This document shows positions 39,885 through 53,224 of a stretch of 64,000 nt of DNA, one piece after another. Source of the stretch: Sarea resinae. Its lineage: Eukaryota. How positions within the stretch are numbered: position 1 is the first letter of the stretch; each line of letters opens with the position of its first letter. The stretch is taken from the NCBI GenBank assembly GCA_026026165.1, contig JAPEUD010000012.1, positions 310,001 through 374,000 of the forward strand, in the 5' to 3' direction. Both the position numbers and the translations under genes were made by a program. Under the pieces are notes generated by a model. That model saw nothing but the letters and a program-made list of their open reading frames with translations, had not been told where the DNA came from and ran no database searches.

Positions 39885-42433
39885 TCACCCAGGCAAATTC
39901 CACGTATTCCTCCACGCCATCTCCGCGCGAACGAGCATGGCCCCGGCGACCAGCGTCGCGTTCAAGTTGGCCGGACCGACCACCCCGGCGGCCGAGAGAG
40001 CGAAGCCGTATGCCTATATTGTAATGACAAATGAGTGAGTGAGTGAGTGAGCGATCTAAACCGCCCAATCAGAAACGGCGTGCACTAAATCTCTATTTTG
40101 CTCTCTCTGTCTCTTTTTCTCTCTTTCGGTCTTTTCCCCAAGATGCGAGGTATCAAGATTCGACATCTCATTTCCCTCCATTCCTTCTCTCCCCTTCCCT
40201 TTCCCCAAAACAAAACGGGCCACGAAAAAAAGAAAAAAAAAGAAAAAAAGAAACGACATTACCTGAACCTCGGTAGCCAAGACCTGCAAGCCGGCATAGA
40301 CGGGCCGATTGAGCTCGTGATGCCACGCCAGCCCCCTATTCGAGATCTCGGTCGCGAGCGCGGGATAGAGGGAAATGTACTGTTACATCCTCTCGCAGAC
40401 GGATTAGACGATCGTCAGCTGTCCAATTTCTTGGTTTTTTTACCTCCCCCCCACCGGTTACGGCTGGTCTTTGAGCCAGATATCCATAAAAGGCGAAAGA
40501 AGGAAAGAAGGAAAGAAGGAAAGAAGGAAAAAAAGAAAGAAAGAGAGAAAGAAAGAGCAAACTCACGTCCGCATACGCCGAATCCGACTCATTGAATCCC
40601 GTGCCATTGAACGGCGATGGAGGAGAAGAGGTCATCTATACAATCAAGCAAATGAGCACGTCAGCAAATGCCCGATTTCTTTTCTCCACCCTTCTTTCTA
40701 TAAGTCATCCCGTCCTCATCACCACATAAGAGTGGGGGAAGGGGGGAAAGCAGAGAGAAATATAATGCGATGACGCAAACAACGTCCGCCTCAATAAAAA
40801 ACGACAAGGAATACAGACGACGCAGACGATAGTACAAAAGGGATTTTCCTGCTCGTATATTTTCTCCTCTTCCTACGGCGACCGACCTCTTTACAAGGTC
40901 TCACAATTTCAGAAAGGAAGAATCTTCGTTCCCTGCTAATCGCTGATCGCGCCGCGCCGACCAAGCCCGAGCCCTGAGCTAGACCGAGGCCCAACCCCAT
41001 CCAGAACTGGTGGCGTTGAAATGAGCCCACAAGTAAAGATACAGAAGCTTTCCAAGAGCAGAGGCAGGGGAACCAGAAAACAAAACCCATAATCAATCAA
41101 ATCCCACGAGGTTATGAATCCATGCTTCTCGAGTATCAAAGAAGGAGAAAAAGGACAAGGAGCAAGAGTCACGACCGAAGAGACGTCGGACTAAGCTAAA
41201 GAGCAGAACGCCCAATGGAAGAGAAAGCCGGCGCCAGAAAAAGTCCACCTACGCCGGACTTATTACCCGCTGCAAAACCCCCAATGAAAAAGCAACAAAA
41301 TGATCAGGATCCAGGATCCCAAGTCCGGCCTCTCTATATGGACAGTCCAGTATAAAAGAAAAGAAAAGGGCAAGGTAAACATGAGCATTGCGGTGTTAAA
41401 AACGAGGTCAACAAATACCTTTCCGATAGATCCGCCACTACTCGTACTCATCGGTTCCAGCTCTTCTTTTGCGATTTTGACTGCAGTCGTAAGATCCTCC
41501 AGGGTACCGGCAATTGACTATATCGCATAAATCATCGAGTCAGCCGAAAGATCGCGAGAAATCTAATTTTCCACAATCCAACATCGCAAAGACGAAAGCA
41601 AAGAAAGAAGGATGAGACAAAGCAGATCGCAGGGCCAGATCTTAAAGCAGGAAACGCACAAGAAAACAAAGAAGAGCAATAAGAGGAGGCTAGAGGCAAA
41701 AGGACAGGAAAGAAAGGGGAGAACGCACAATCCCGGTTCCGCCAATTGCTGCACCCTGAATATTAGCCGTCGAGTTTCCGACATCGTATTTGATTGCCTC
41801 TAGCGTTGCTAGGCCGATGCTTATATTCATGGCTGGCGTCGACAAGGATGACGGTGCTGCTGCGCTCGACGATTGCATGGCGGTCGAAGAAGGCATGGCA
41901 TATGATGAGGGTGAGAACGAGGTAGATGATGCTGCGGTATAGAATGCTACGGTGCTCGAAGAGGGTACAGGACTTGGAACCGATACAGCATTGAACGAAA
42001 AGGCACGGTACAATGTTGTCGGGGGGCTGGATGAGAATGACCCTGTGTATGGTGTAGTGGACGATTCAACTGCATATGACACTGCAGCGATCGATGTCGG
42101 TACCGCACTCAATGACACCGCTTTGTATACCGTAGAGGTCGGGTTGTAGGAGGGTGGTCCTGTGTACGATGATGCCGGAGTGGCAGAAAATGCCGTATAT
42201 TCGGTTGCCATGGTGGAGGAATATAGAGTCATCACAGTTGATGGATCTGCTGGGTGCATGGCTATCACATACGCAACATGAACGGTCCCACTTGCGCTTC
42301 CGGCCATCTGCGCTCCCGTCACCATATCCATTGCATCGACTGGGCCAGAGACCAAGAGCAACGACATGATAGACAGTAGAACCATCTGGAGGAGACCAAA
42401 GAAGTAGCTGCTTTGGATGTGCGATCGCGACAT
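39885..42433 (-). CDS. Uncharacterised secreted Ser/Thr-rich protein with a C-terminal helical domain; exons 42433-41729, 41517-41419, (41269-41267?), 41006-40905, 40635-40567, 40379-40263, 40013-39885
   Basis: Hydrophobic N-terminus ending GPVDA; S/T/A-rich stalk; successive GT-AG-bounded, stop-free exons give ..YISLYPALATEISNRGLAWHHELNRPVYAGLQVLATEVQAYGFAL..AWRNTWNLPG*. Confidence 0.72.
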
Positions 42434-45074
42434 GTTTGGTCTTGCTGATTGTCTCGTTCTAAGGGATCCGAGGAGATAGGGGGGTCTGTTTTGATCCTTT
42501 TTGAACTTGACGTTCGGATGTTTGTGTTTTGCTTACGCTTCTTGTATGAGCAATTAAGTTCAAGCTTTCAATTTTTTGACTTGATGAGTGCTCGCGCTGG
42601 GCCTTCAAATGCGAAGCGCGGTTTGGGAATGGGGTCTGATGGCCTGCGTTGTGCTTGGCTGCCGCTGGAAGAGAATAGATAGTGGAAGAATGTGTCAAGT
42701 AGAGAGACTTGTAGGCGAAGTGGTGATGAGATTGCTGCGTTTGTCTGATGAAAAGGGTCTGCGGAGATGGTGATATATGACTTGACGAAGAAGAGAACGA
42801 TTTAAAGTCCGTTGAATGCGCGACGTCCAACACTCATACAACTGCTGGACTCAAGTTGACTGCTCCTCTCTACCAGTAAGCATGCGTATGGAGCCATAAC
42901 AAACGGACAAGGGGGAAGAATAGGCAGAAAAGGAGAAAAGATGAATACCTTATCGGTTGAGCGTGTCTAATATAGGCTCGATTCGTGTTAATGTCTGTAA
43001 TCATGGAAGGTATCCTAGATGCTCCGACGTGGTGTAGTAGAGGAGAAGTCGTGAGATGAGAGATGGTAGAGTGGAAAAGAATAATGGAAGGGATGCGCAG
43101 AAGAGATGGCGGTATTGCTGTTGATGATAATCGGAACTGGTTCTCCAATAGAACTGTATAATACTCTGGGATAGGGATCTATTGTTATGGTAGATTTTTT
43201 GCGTAAGATAGGATTGGTAGAGGGATTTGGGGCCGGAATCAGTGAGTCGAGAGGTAAATCAGTATCAACAACGCCTGGGCCGGACCTTCTTCATTGGTAT
43301 CATATCCACTTTCGCATCCGTATTTGAGTACCTGCCATAGATTGAAGAACATCTTCGCTCCTGTCCTCTTATCTGACGGAGCGGCGATGATATGACCACT
43401 GTGAGGAAGGGAGGAAGAATAGAGGATCAGGATCAATCAAGCAAGAGGCATCGTTAACAGCCTATTCCCTCCTGTCTTAAATCAGATATAATGCGTCCCT
43501 GTCCCCATTTCGGATAAACTTACGATGGGAAAAGACGAAGAATGAGAGCAAAGATAGGCAAAGAATAACCACGTAGCAGAAAAACTAAGGTAGTGAAAAG
43601 CAAGAGAACAAGGTCCAACGACGAGACTGAGTAGAAGAGTAAAGATGAAATAAGCCAGCCAACGGCGCAAGGAAACGTGCATCGTGCCTTCCATCCACTG
43701 TTGTCTCCTTCCTTGAGAAACTAAACTCGGCCTAGGAAGGAGCGGCTATACACAGTATGCAATGAACGCTGGATTTGCAGGAAATGCAAGAACTAAAAGA
43801 GAAACCGTAGGTGAGGGAGGTCTGGAGAACAATATTAGTGGCAGTCAAACACAGATCAGACAAGCTTTTGGATGTGTGAGAGACCCCATTAGCAGCGGCC
43901 GAGGATGAAAACGTCGATTGATCAGTCTAGATTGGCCGAACATTGCGTGGGAAGCTGAGGAGGTCGTAGGTGGGTGCCCTCTACAAATTCGTACTTCCGT
44001 ACTTCGCACATCACTGCGAATCAGCAATTCGACGACCCTCAAGTTTCAACTCCTCGGTCGAAAGCCGGACAACAGCCTCGAGTCCCGTACATTCATGTTT
44101 TACTAAGGAATTCTGATTACTATTTCTTGAGTGATATTGATCTATCTATTTATATCTAAATATTTTAGTCCGCATTCCTTCTTCCCCTGAATCACCGCAT
44201 CTGAATATATATTTACCAAAAATGCTAGGTGTGGGTATACCGCGATACTGCGAGCGCTTGCATGTGAATGAACGTGTATGTGTTTCCAAGTCTGGAGCAG
44301 AAATGTACTGTAAAGAGATTTTGCCTGGTAGAAGGATGGCTGTCTGTCGGGAAGTGCGTACGATGTTACCGTGTTGATTGAGGGGAGGCGGACCTAATGA
44401 ATGATGGCCTGACCAAAGCTCCGAAATCGGGGGGAATAAATTGGATGAAGGATCGTGTGCGAGGCGGGATGATTGCGTGTAAGGTCCAGTGGTGAGATTG
44501 AGAAAGGAAAGGTTGATAGAACACCGCTCTTCATCGTCGCGGTCGCCGTTTTCATCCTCGTCCAAGTCCCTTCCCGTCGACTCTTCAAGGTCATGGCTCT
44601 CGTGATTTGGCATACATCTCGACAAAGACATTGGCTTCTTGTCTCATAAGTCTGATTTACAGTGTATGTCGATCTGGCGATTGATTTGACGTGATCGAGG
44701 TCTAGACCAGTGTGATCGATCTTGAATGAGACATTCCTATGGTCTCCCCGCACTACAAACCTACGACGCTGTATCCAGATGGTGTACGCGGAGTTTTCGG
44801 TAGGGATTCGGTCGGCTCGGTGATGATTCCATTTTCTGAGTAGCCAGAGACGTCAGATCTGGGAGGTTTAGTTTGGGATATGATAGACATCGATGTGGTC
44901 GGATGTTTAGTGTTTGACGCAGCAGAGGATGCTATTATGGTAATCCTTCCCCCAATAGCTGAAGATACCGGAATGACGCCGGCTCAAGTACGGAAACAAT
45001 ATGCTCTCATTCCTAACGACGTCTTCCAACGCCGGAAAGTTCAACGTAGGAACGCCGGCTCGTATGCACCTCGA

Positions 45075-46546
45075 TTAAACCTCGTCTGTTCGAGCTTCAA
45101 TATTTCTGTCGATCGCTTTCGTATAGTAGATCCGGTTAGGGTCGGTGGGATGGCTCTGAAGACTCGGATTGCTCGCAACGGTTCCTTCCTGATTGTTGAT
45201 CGGGCGCAACGGATACTGGTCCCCGTAGACGTCAGGATGCTCGTTCCGCTCAGCGGTGCTAGTGAGCGAAGACTCCTTGTCTGGTCTCAGGTGTATCCAC
45301 TTCTTCGAATTGGGTGTACTGTGTGAGCCAGCGTTATAGCTGGATCCGAGGTTGCTGCCAGACTTGCGGTTCGAGCTGTATCGTGAGGGATCAAGGCTCG
45401 AGAAGAGGAGTTGGTAGATGGGTCGAAGGGTTGGTAAACACGCGCTAGCTATCCCTGCTTCTACTTCGAGACAAGACCACATGAGAGGGGGCGCAAGACT
45501 CCCTGATTCGATTGTTAGTCTGAGGTGAAAAGTCACGAGGGCTGCGCATACAAGTGTAGTCCATCTTCGTAAGAGGTATGCGGTGCATAATGATAAACTC
45601 CTTCAGACGGATGATGCTCGCAGCAGTGGCACTGCAACGAGTCAGTAGCAATTTCAAGGGATTGGTTCAAGATACGCACAATCCACCCAAGAGGAATATC
45701 ATGGAAAGAAGAATCTTCTGCATTCTCGGGATCTGAATAGACCAAACCACGGGCAATGGAAAGATCAAGAGTGCGAGATCGGTCGCAATGTTGGGTACTG
45801 CAGCGCCGATGTAAAATCCCACCCGGTCGATACATTTGATCTTGCTAAAATCCTCGATCTCCCACGCGGCGGAAATGGGTGAACACTGGAAGAACGCAAC
45901 GAGCATCACTGCAATCCACCACATGAAGATGAAGACACCCGTTAGATAGAGAGCACGTATAACGGCCGGGATTTCGAAGATTCGGCGGTACATCAGAAGG
46001 ATCGAGAACTTCGTCAGTAGGAGGGTGGTGCTATAGATGAGTTGAAAGGAGAATGAGACCTAAGCGTTTGTCAGAGATGCTTCAGGTCCTTCATCGATGC
46101 TTGTAAAGACTTACTTTGCGCATCTGAATGAACTCCGGCATGGTCACGGCAAGTTGATGCTTTCCCAGCCCCCAATGGCAGCCTGATTCAATGCATTAGC
46201 GATTGGAGACATTGGTCAGGAAAGAATCACGAACAGAGGATCTCGTTCGCCATAGTACCAAAGCCAAACAACTAGATCAGAGTAAGCAATTGAAATTGTT
46301 CCCGTCATCGAGGAAATTGCCCACCATCGCGACCAATATCATCCAATCGTCCGCGGCAAGGGAAACATTCTTGAATTTGCGGGCTAACAGACGGAGGATG
46401 ACCGTCGCAAACGCCAATGCCGTCAGGGCGACGCTCACGGCAATATCACGGTGGGTCCTGGACTCGTGCAAGTCCACCGCCTGTGCCTGTGCCTGCCTCG
46501 GCATCAGTCCAAACATGTCTCCAGCCAAGGGCATGAGTGCGGCCAT
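45075..46546 (-). CDS. PTH11-like integral membrane protein (fungal rhodopsin-domain GPCR family, no CFEM domain); about 6 exons
   Basis: LRLLARK..LAADDW, WGLGKH, TKFSILLMYRRIF, FQCSPISAAW, NIATDLALLIFPLPVVWSIQI, ASIIRL, WSCLEVEAGIASACLPTLRP; five canonical introns. Confidence 0.92.
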
Positions 46547-49500
46547 GGCGAAAAGAGTAAGGCCAGCAAGAAAGAGGACGGGCGTCGATTGAAAGGAGAG
46601 GTAGTCAGTAGAAGACGGATTATCAAATGAGAGGAAGGAAGTCGAAGGGGAATTCAAAAACACGACGCATTATTGTTTTCGCCCTTGTCATTGAGGGACG
46701 GATTGAGACATGCGGTTGGGATCGAGTAGATGATATAGAGTATTTTTCGACAGCCGCGCCGGGGGTTCAGCCAGGGCACCGGTTCCCACTAGCTTCCACG
46801 CTTCTCAAACGCGTGGCATGGCTGAAGCAGCGATGGCTTGTTTCCAGCACTTGAGTCCCCACGGTGGACGACGGCAGGAGTACGGAGCTCCTAACGAAGA
46901 GTAACGCACGAGCAGCGCCGGGCCAGGGGGTCCTGGGTTGATGCTAGTCAGGAGTTCGCCCACTTGGTCCATGGGGCCGGACAGTATTCCAGAGTCCTCC
47001 GGAGTAGATTGAACGTGGTGCCGCAGATCTTGGTCCCTTTCGGTCGGCGTTCCTGTGCCTGTCGGGTGGACAGTGCGGGGAGCATTTCTGCTCCGAGGAA
47101 GCGTGTGTGCGTGCTCCATCTCCACTTGACTCCTCCTAGATCGAGACTCGAGCACATAACGTTATGCGTTAGAGAGGTTTGGGTAGGGCTATCCATGCTC
47201 GCGAAGCTAATGCGAACCACTACTGCACCGTACTGTTGACATCTGCAGTAGTTCGGCACCCAAGGTGCAGGGCAGTTTTCCCGTTCTGCCGTTCTGCCAT
47301 TCTTCCAGTCGACCTCTTGGGGGGGGTGATGGCATTGAAGTGAAGCCCCGATCGGGGAGCAAGATGGCAGTCACTAGTGTCCCACCCTACTCCGTCCTTA
47401 CCCTACTTACCCTATCTACCAGAGGATAAGCGAGACAGGCACGGCGGGCCCCCCTTTCCGCCCTGCCGGCGACCATGGCTCCCACCTCGTCCGGTGCCAG
47501 AGTGGGAAACAGTCGAGAGCTATCTTCGGGTCACGTCAAAGTCGGATCGAGTCAGTCAGGTCCCAATGGGGGATGCAGGGTTTGTCGACGAGGAAAGGAA
47601 TCACATCCATCCAACGCCACGCATCCATTTGTCGATCATGCGTGCCCGAGTGCCTGCCGAGTGGCTACCGAGGAACGCAGAACCTACAGGTACATAGTAC
47701 TCCGGCGTACTCTATTGCTACCGACCATCATGGGGCCGTGGATCTTGGTGTTTCGATCGTGGTGTTTTGACCACCTCTCCGCAAGAAGGCTTTGCTTCAG
47801 GTACGCCGTAGCTGAGTCGAGCAGGTAGAATCTCGAGAAGATGTCGGAGGTGGAAGGTCTCCCTTCAGCGCGGTACTTCAGTGCGCGTACTCTAGACTGG
47901 GGCAATTCCCTCTCTGTTCCTGGGTCGGGCTTGTGTCCTACGGAGTACGTCGTAGACTAGTGTTTTGCCAGTTGACATCGTCTTGCCCTGGACTGCACTA
48001 CGTACGAAGTACAGAGGACGGTCCAGAGTGATCGTGTGTGGGGAAGGCGGCACAAGAGAAGCGAAGAGAGGACGGCGAGCTTGGAAGCGAGCACGGCTTG
48101 TTCCGCTGCGAGGCGACAGCCGTCGACTGACAGCATGGGAAAGAACACGGCATGTCAGGTACGGATACCGAGTATCGTATGGGCTCTCGCCTTCCTCACA
48201 GGTGATTCTCTCTGTCGACTCCACTGTCGACGTTCGTCCCGTCCACCGTCCACGGCATCTCATGCTGGATGGAGTGTCAGCATCTAGGACTCGACCTGGC
48301 TCCTGCTCTTCGTCAGCAACGGCCAGAGTGCTCATTTCCGTCACCATGACTGACTAAGGGGGGTAGAGCGACTGCTGGTCCGGTCAACCGTGCGCTTGGG
48401 TCAGGCCACTACGACGAGCCGGCAGGCCAAGCGACACCACCATGGGCGGATGAGGTATCGAGGCGGACCTCCAGCGGGCAATAATTGGCAACGCTTGGGC
48501 TCTGTGAGCCGCATCGGCTCTTTTCGTCGTGCATGTCGTCTGGAGAGAGAGGAAAGACTTACGCGCGAGAGATGCCATTGTTGGTAGAGACGTCGATAGC
48601 CCAGCCTTATCCATCCATGGTCTTCTCGTGGATGAATGCATCGTAGGTTGCGGTTCGGCGACGATCTTGGCCATAACAACATGATCCAACGGCCGTCGAT
48701 TGTCCGATCGAGCTACAGTCGATTATATCGAGGACTTGATAGGTCCGGGGCATACCCAATCGACCCTGAAGGCCCGACGTGGACGAAAGAGGCAACAGTC
48801 GAGACGGTCCTGGCCGAGTGAGTCTCGGATCAGGGTGCCAGGGAGACTCGGTCCCCTCTGATCGAGGGTACCTCGGTATCTACGCCTCCTCTCCCTCTAC
48901 AGCAGGTACCCGGCTTGAGACGAGGGCTTTTCAGCGACCTCGAGCCAAGAGTGCCCTAATGCTGCGGATACACGGGCCAGAAGCCATCTCGTCTAGTCTG
49001 ACAGGTCCTGCCTGTATGTCAACATCGTCTATTGATCATGGCCCTCGGAGCCGACACGCGACCCTTCGGCACCGGCCCTGGCGAGGGGCATTATTACTCT
49101 CGAGATTAGAGATGAGCATTCTCTTCATGGACGATTGACTCCTAACTCCTTTTATTGTTGTCATCTCGGAATCTCTGCCATCTCTGTGATTCACCACTCT
49201 CCCGCTGCTGTAGGCTCTCGGCGCAAGCCACGAACTGCTACCTATTGGCATATGATTCTCAGCACACGAGTGAAATTGGGAGGGTAGATGGAGTCATACA
49301 ACAATACTGAATGAAGCCAGCGTAAGGTGCCTTAGTCAGAGGCAAATCATCAACCTAAATGACCTATTATCGTCATGGTCCAAGGCCCTACTACTTTAGT
49401 AGAATTCACCCACCAGTCTCCTACCTAAGGTACCTACCTACGATCGACGCGAACACGACAACGACGACGCCGACGCACCGACCAAAACCCGCAAAAGCCA

Positions 49501-50002
49501 TCTCCAACCACCCAATAAGAGCGCCTCCAGATAATTAAACGACTTTGAACTGCCGGCCCTCCAAACTCCAAACTCAAACATCAAATCAATCCATCGGCAC
49601 GCCATCAGATGCCTACCTATCTGCCGTACCTTGCCTTACCTTATCCACTCACTCACTCACTCACTCACTCACTCATGCACACACGCGACGAGCTCCCTCT
49701 CCCTCTCTCTCTCTCTCTGCCCGTCACCGCTTAGCACGTACCCGACCTACTACTCGTAGTAATTTGGAACCTCATCGTGTCAAACTCAAAAGTTAAACGT
49801 CTCCCCCCCCTTCCCCTTCTTCGACGATCCTGCCGCCACCGCCGCCGCCGCTTTGATTAATTAATACGTTCGTTCGAGTCCGTTCATTCACGATCGATTA
49901 TGTATGTCATGCCCACCCACAGCAAGTAATCTATCTACGGATCGTCCGCACGCAAAACTCTATCGCCCGCGCCAGACGATCGTAGGATCCCTCTTACTTT
50001 TA

Positions 50003-50114
50003 AGGTAGGTTAGGTAGGTAGGTAGGTAGGTACCTACCTCAGGTAAGGGAGGTAGGTAAGGTAGACCTCGACTATCGCGCTCGGTAAGGTAGGTAGGTAG
50101 GTAGGTAGGTAGGT
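50003..50114. repeat. Interrupted (AGGT)n tetranucleotide array with a local inversion (aggtaggtacctacct)
   Basis: Direct read. Confidence 0.9.
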
Positions 50115-50279
50115 GGTAATGCTGATTCTGGTCTGCGCTCTTGACAGAGACGCCTCGAGGGGAGGGAGTTCTGGGACATTGTTTATGTTTGCCGATTGTT
50201 ATTGTTCTGGTTTGACTGGCAACCTACGCCTCTTGCTTGTGAGCGAGTAGGCGAGTGAGTGAGCTCTTAGCCCAGGCAT

Positions 50280-51060
50280 GAGATTTTGTTGGATAGTAGT
50301 GTGGCAGCTTATAGATATAAATACATGGGTCGTTCTTTATCTGTAGATAGTAGGAATGTTTGTACTCTTTCTATATACTGTAGTTTAGATATCCTGAAAG
50401 ACTAAGGTAGATAATATTATTTTGTGTTTACATTCATTCTTTTTCTTCTCTACCTACCTTACTCTAGAGTAGCTACTCTCTCTCTCTCTCCCCCCCTCTC
50501 TCTATCTATCTATTACTCTACCTTGCCTACCTACTATACCTAAGATATATATAAGGAGGTAGGTAAGATAAATAATCTCTTATAAGAAATAAGGTAGAAG
50601 TAATAGGAAACTTAAGTTAGGTAACTTGACTATCTAGACACTTATAGAGGAATATTAGAAAGACAATTTTCTAGAGAGTTTACTTAGATACTTAGTATCT
50701 ATTTCTATTTTACTCTCTATATTTTTATTTCCAAGTCTACTTCCTTCTACTTCTATAGCACTCTTCTCTTAAGCTACTTTACCTTCTTCCTTTCTAGGTG
50801 TAGTAATTAGTGTTTAGATTAACACATATATATATACACGCACTTACATATACACACCTAGATATACCTAGAGACATATCTTTTTTTTCCTTCAGGCTAA
50901 TTTCCTTGCTCTTAGAAAAAAAAAAGAGTGAAGATACAGCAGAAAAGAAAAGAAGAGGACTTTTTATGCTTGGTTTGGTTTAGAGTATTAGCTAGTGCTT
51001 TAGTATTGATTACCCTGGTTATAGCGAGGATTTGGTTGGATAAGGCAAGGTTGCTAAGAG
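50280..51060. mobile_element. AT-rich island with a RIP-like dinucleotide signature; probably a degenerate repeat or TE remnant
   Basis: Abrupt GC drop, dense TpA, scarce CpA/TpG (clearest at 50521-50760); no recognisable ORF or terminal repeats. Confidence 0.5.
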
Positions 51061-51284
51061 ATAGATTTGTGAACAAGCAGGGCAGAGAGAGAAGAAGAGA
51101 AGGAGAAGAGAGATAAGTAGAGCAAGAGAAGAAGACGGAAAAAAGGAGATCGGAGAAGAAGAACGGATAGAGCCTGTGCCTGATCACTGATAAAGCCCTA
51201 TTCATCGCTTTTCCTTCGCTATCGATACAATCAAAACCATAGACCACGAATAGACAAGGAGCTCATCCGCATCCACATTCATAT

Positions 51285-52149
51285 TCACCCCGAATCCTCA
51301 TCGCTCGTGGCGTCGAAATTCCGTTTTCGCTTCTTCTTCTCTTCCGGCGTACTCTCTCTCCGCTTTCGAGCTGCCGCTTTCGGGGCGTCTTCTTCGCCGT
51401 CTTCGTCGCCACCGCCATCAGCGTCGTCATCGCCAGTCGTTCCTCCGCCCGCGCCATTCCCCGCTCCTCTATCCTCCAGGTCTGCATCTCCCGCCTCGTC
51501 TCCCCCCGGCCCCTCCTCCCCCGCACCGGCCCGCTCTCCACCAGACCCCGACGCAGAAGCATCGCCGTACTCGGGCCTCACGACCTCGGCGCCCAACCCC
51601 ATGTCCACGAGCGCGGCCTCGATCTCCGGCAGCAGCTCCACCAGCGTTGAGAACTGCGCCAGGGGCAGCGCGATGCCTTTCTTGCCGGGGAGCCATTTGC
51701 CGCTGTCTTTGCTCTCGTAGTATTCGCGCACTTGCACCATCGTTTGACCCTTGAATTGCGAGAGCGTGATGCGTTTGGTGCGCGTGAGCTGCCGAGGGTG
51801 GGTGGCGGGTGTTAGTGGGTTCGGGGATGGGTTGTGCTTGTAGGTTGGTGCAAAAGACAAACAAAACACGACGAACCTCCCAATACACATTTCCCTCATC
51901 ATCTTTCCTCTTCTTCTTCTTCTTCTCCCCCCCCTTCCCCGTATCTGGCGCATTTTCCCCTTTGCCCTTCCCGTTCCCTTTCTCCTTTGTACGACCCGCA
52001 CCTCCATCCTCTCGTTTCACCCTCTTCGGTCTCTGCTCCGCGGCCTCTTCGCCTAGGTCAGACGCATCGTCGGGGCTGTCGACGACGAACCCACCGTCTG
52101 CTTCGTAGCGGTCTGAGGCGCGCTTTTTGGTGGATGCACGAGGTGGCAT
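51285..52149 (-). CDS. SUB1: Transcriptional coactivator PC4/Sub1 (p15); exons 52149-51877, 51788-51285
   Basis: DDEGNVYWE|LTRTKRITLSQFKGQTMVQVREYYE..WLPGKKGIAL is the PC4 ssDNA-binding domain; C-terminal KRNFDATSDED. Confidence 0.9.
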
Positions 52150-52352
52150 TTGCGCGGGTTGTTGTTCTTGTTGTTGTCGTTGTTGCTTGGGTGTAAGCGG
52201 GAGGGGTTAGGTTGGTTGTGGATTGGCTGTTTTTTGATGAACTGGACCAGTCGAGATGGATGGACGGATGGATGGATAAGTGGATGTGAGGTTGCGATAT
52301 CGCCGTGTCGAGTCGCGTCTCGTCTCCCTAGGGTTCGAGGATGACGCGCCTG

Positions 52353-52380
52353 TGATTGATTGATTGATTGATTGATTGAT
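52353..52380. repeat. (TGAT)7 microsatellite
   Basis: Direct read. Confidence 0.95.
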
Positions 52381-53224
52381 CGATTGTATGTATTCAGCTC
52401 GGTTGCGAATCGTCGATTGCGGGGATGACTACACTAATACTTGCTCTATCATAATCTCACATTCCTCGGATATCAAGTTATTGATCGCAAAACAAGTCAG
52501 GATTTAGGATGTATATATTATGTTCTACACACGATCCGTTCCGCCTGTTGATAGATACCTAGTAGCTAGACAGACACCTAGACAGTGTAGACACTAGCTA
52601 CCTTACGTACAAGAGGCCTAGGTAAACTTACATACATATATATACACCTCTCTCTAAGCCTCTCTCAACACCTTTCCCTACTCTATCATTCTATCTCTCA
52701 GCGTACACACGAGCCCCTCTCATTTCACACCAGTTCCTACTCAGCGGTGCTCGAACGCGACGGAAAATAAACATGAAACGATAGACAGAGAGAAAGAAAC
52801 TACATACAAAACAAGAGAGGTATCCCCAACAACCAAACAGAAGCAAAGTAACTCCCATCGTCAGTGAAGGTGAGGCGAGTGATGTGGTGCGATGTGGGTT
52901 ATGTGAGGTAGGCAGACGCAATGTAGAGAAAAACTATATGTCATGGCCGCGAGGCTTGTTTCCGCCCCCAAACTTGGGAAGCCGAGATAGACGAACGCCG
53001 TGTGGGCCGTGAAACGCCGAGGAGAGTCGGATGTGAAGAGAGAGGACGTGATGGAGGAGAGACGGGAGAGAGGGTGTGCCTATAAGCAAAGAGTCTCAAG
53101 AAGGTCGTGTGACGCGTTGCAACGAATGCCGATGCCGGAACCAATCAAACAGCCACGAAGAAAACAACCCAACGGTCAACAAGAAAGACCTCTACCGCTT
53201 GCTTGCTTGTTTACTTCCAACACA

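Noticed and set aside
44146..44753. 161-aa and 119-aa minus-strand ORFs downstream of the PTH11-like gene
   Set aside because: No recognisable domain or coherent exon structure
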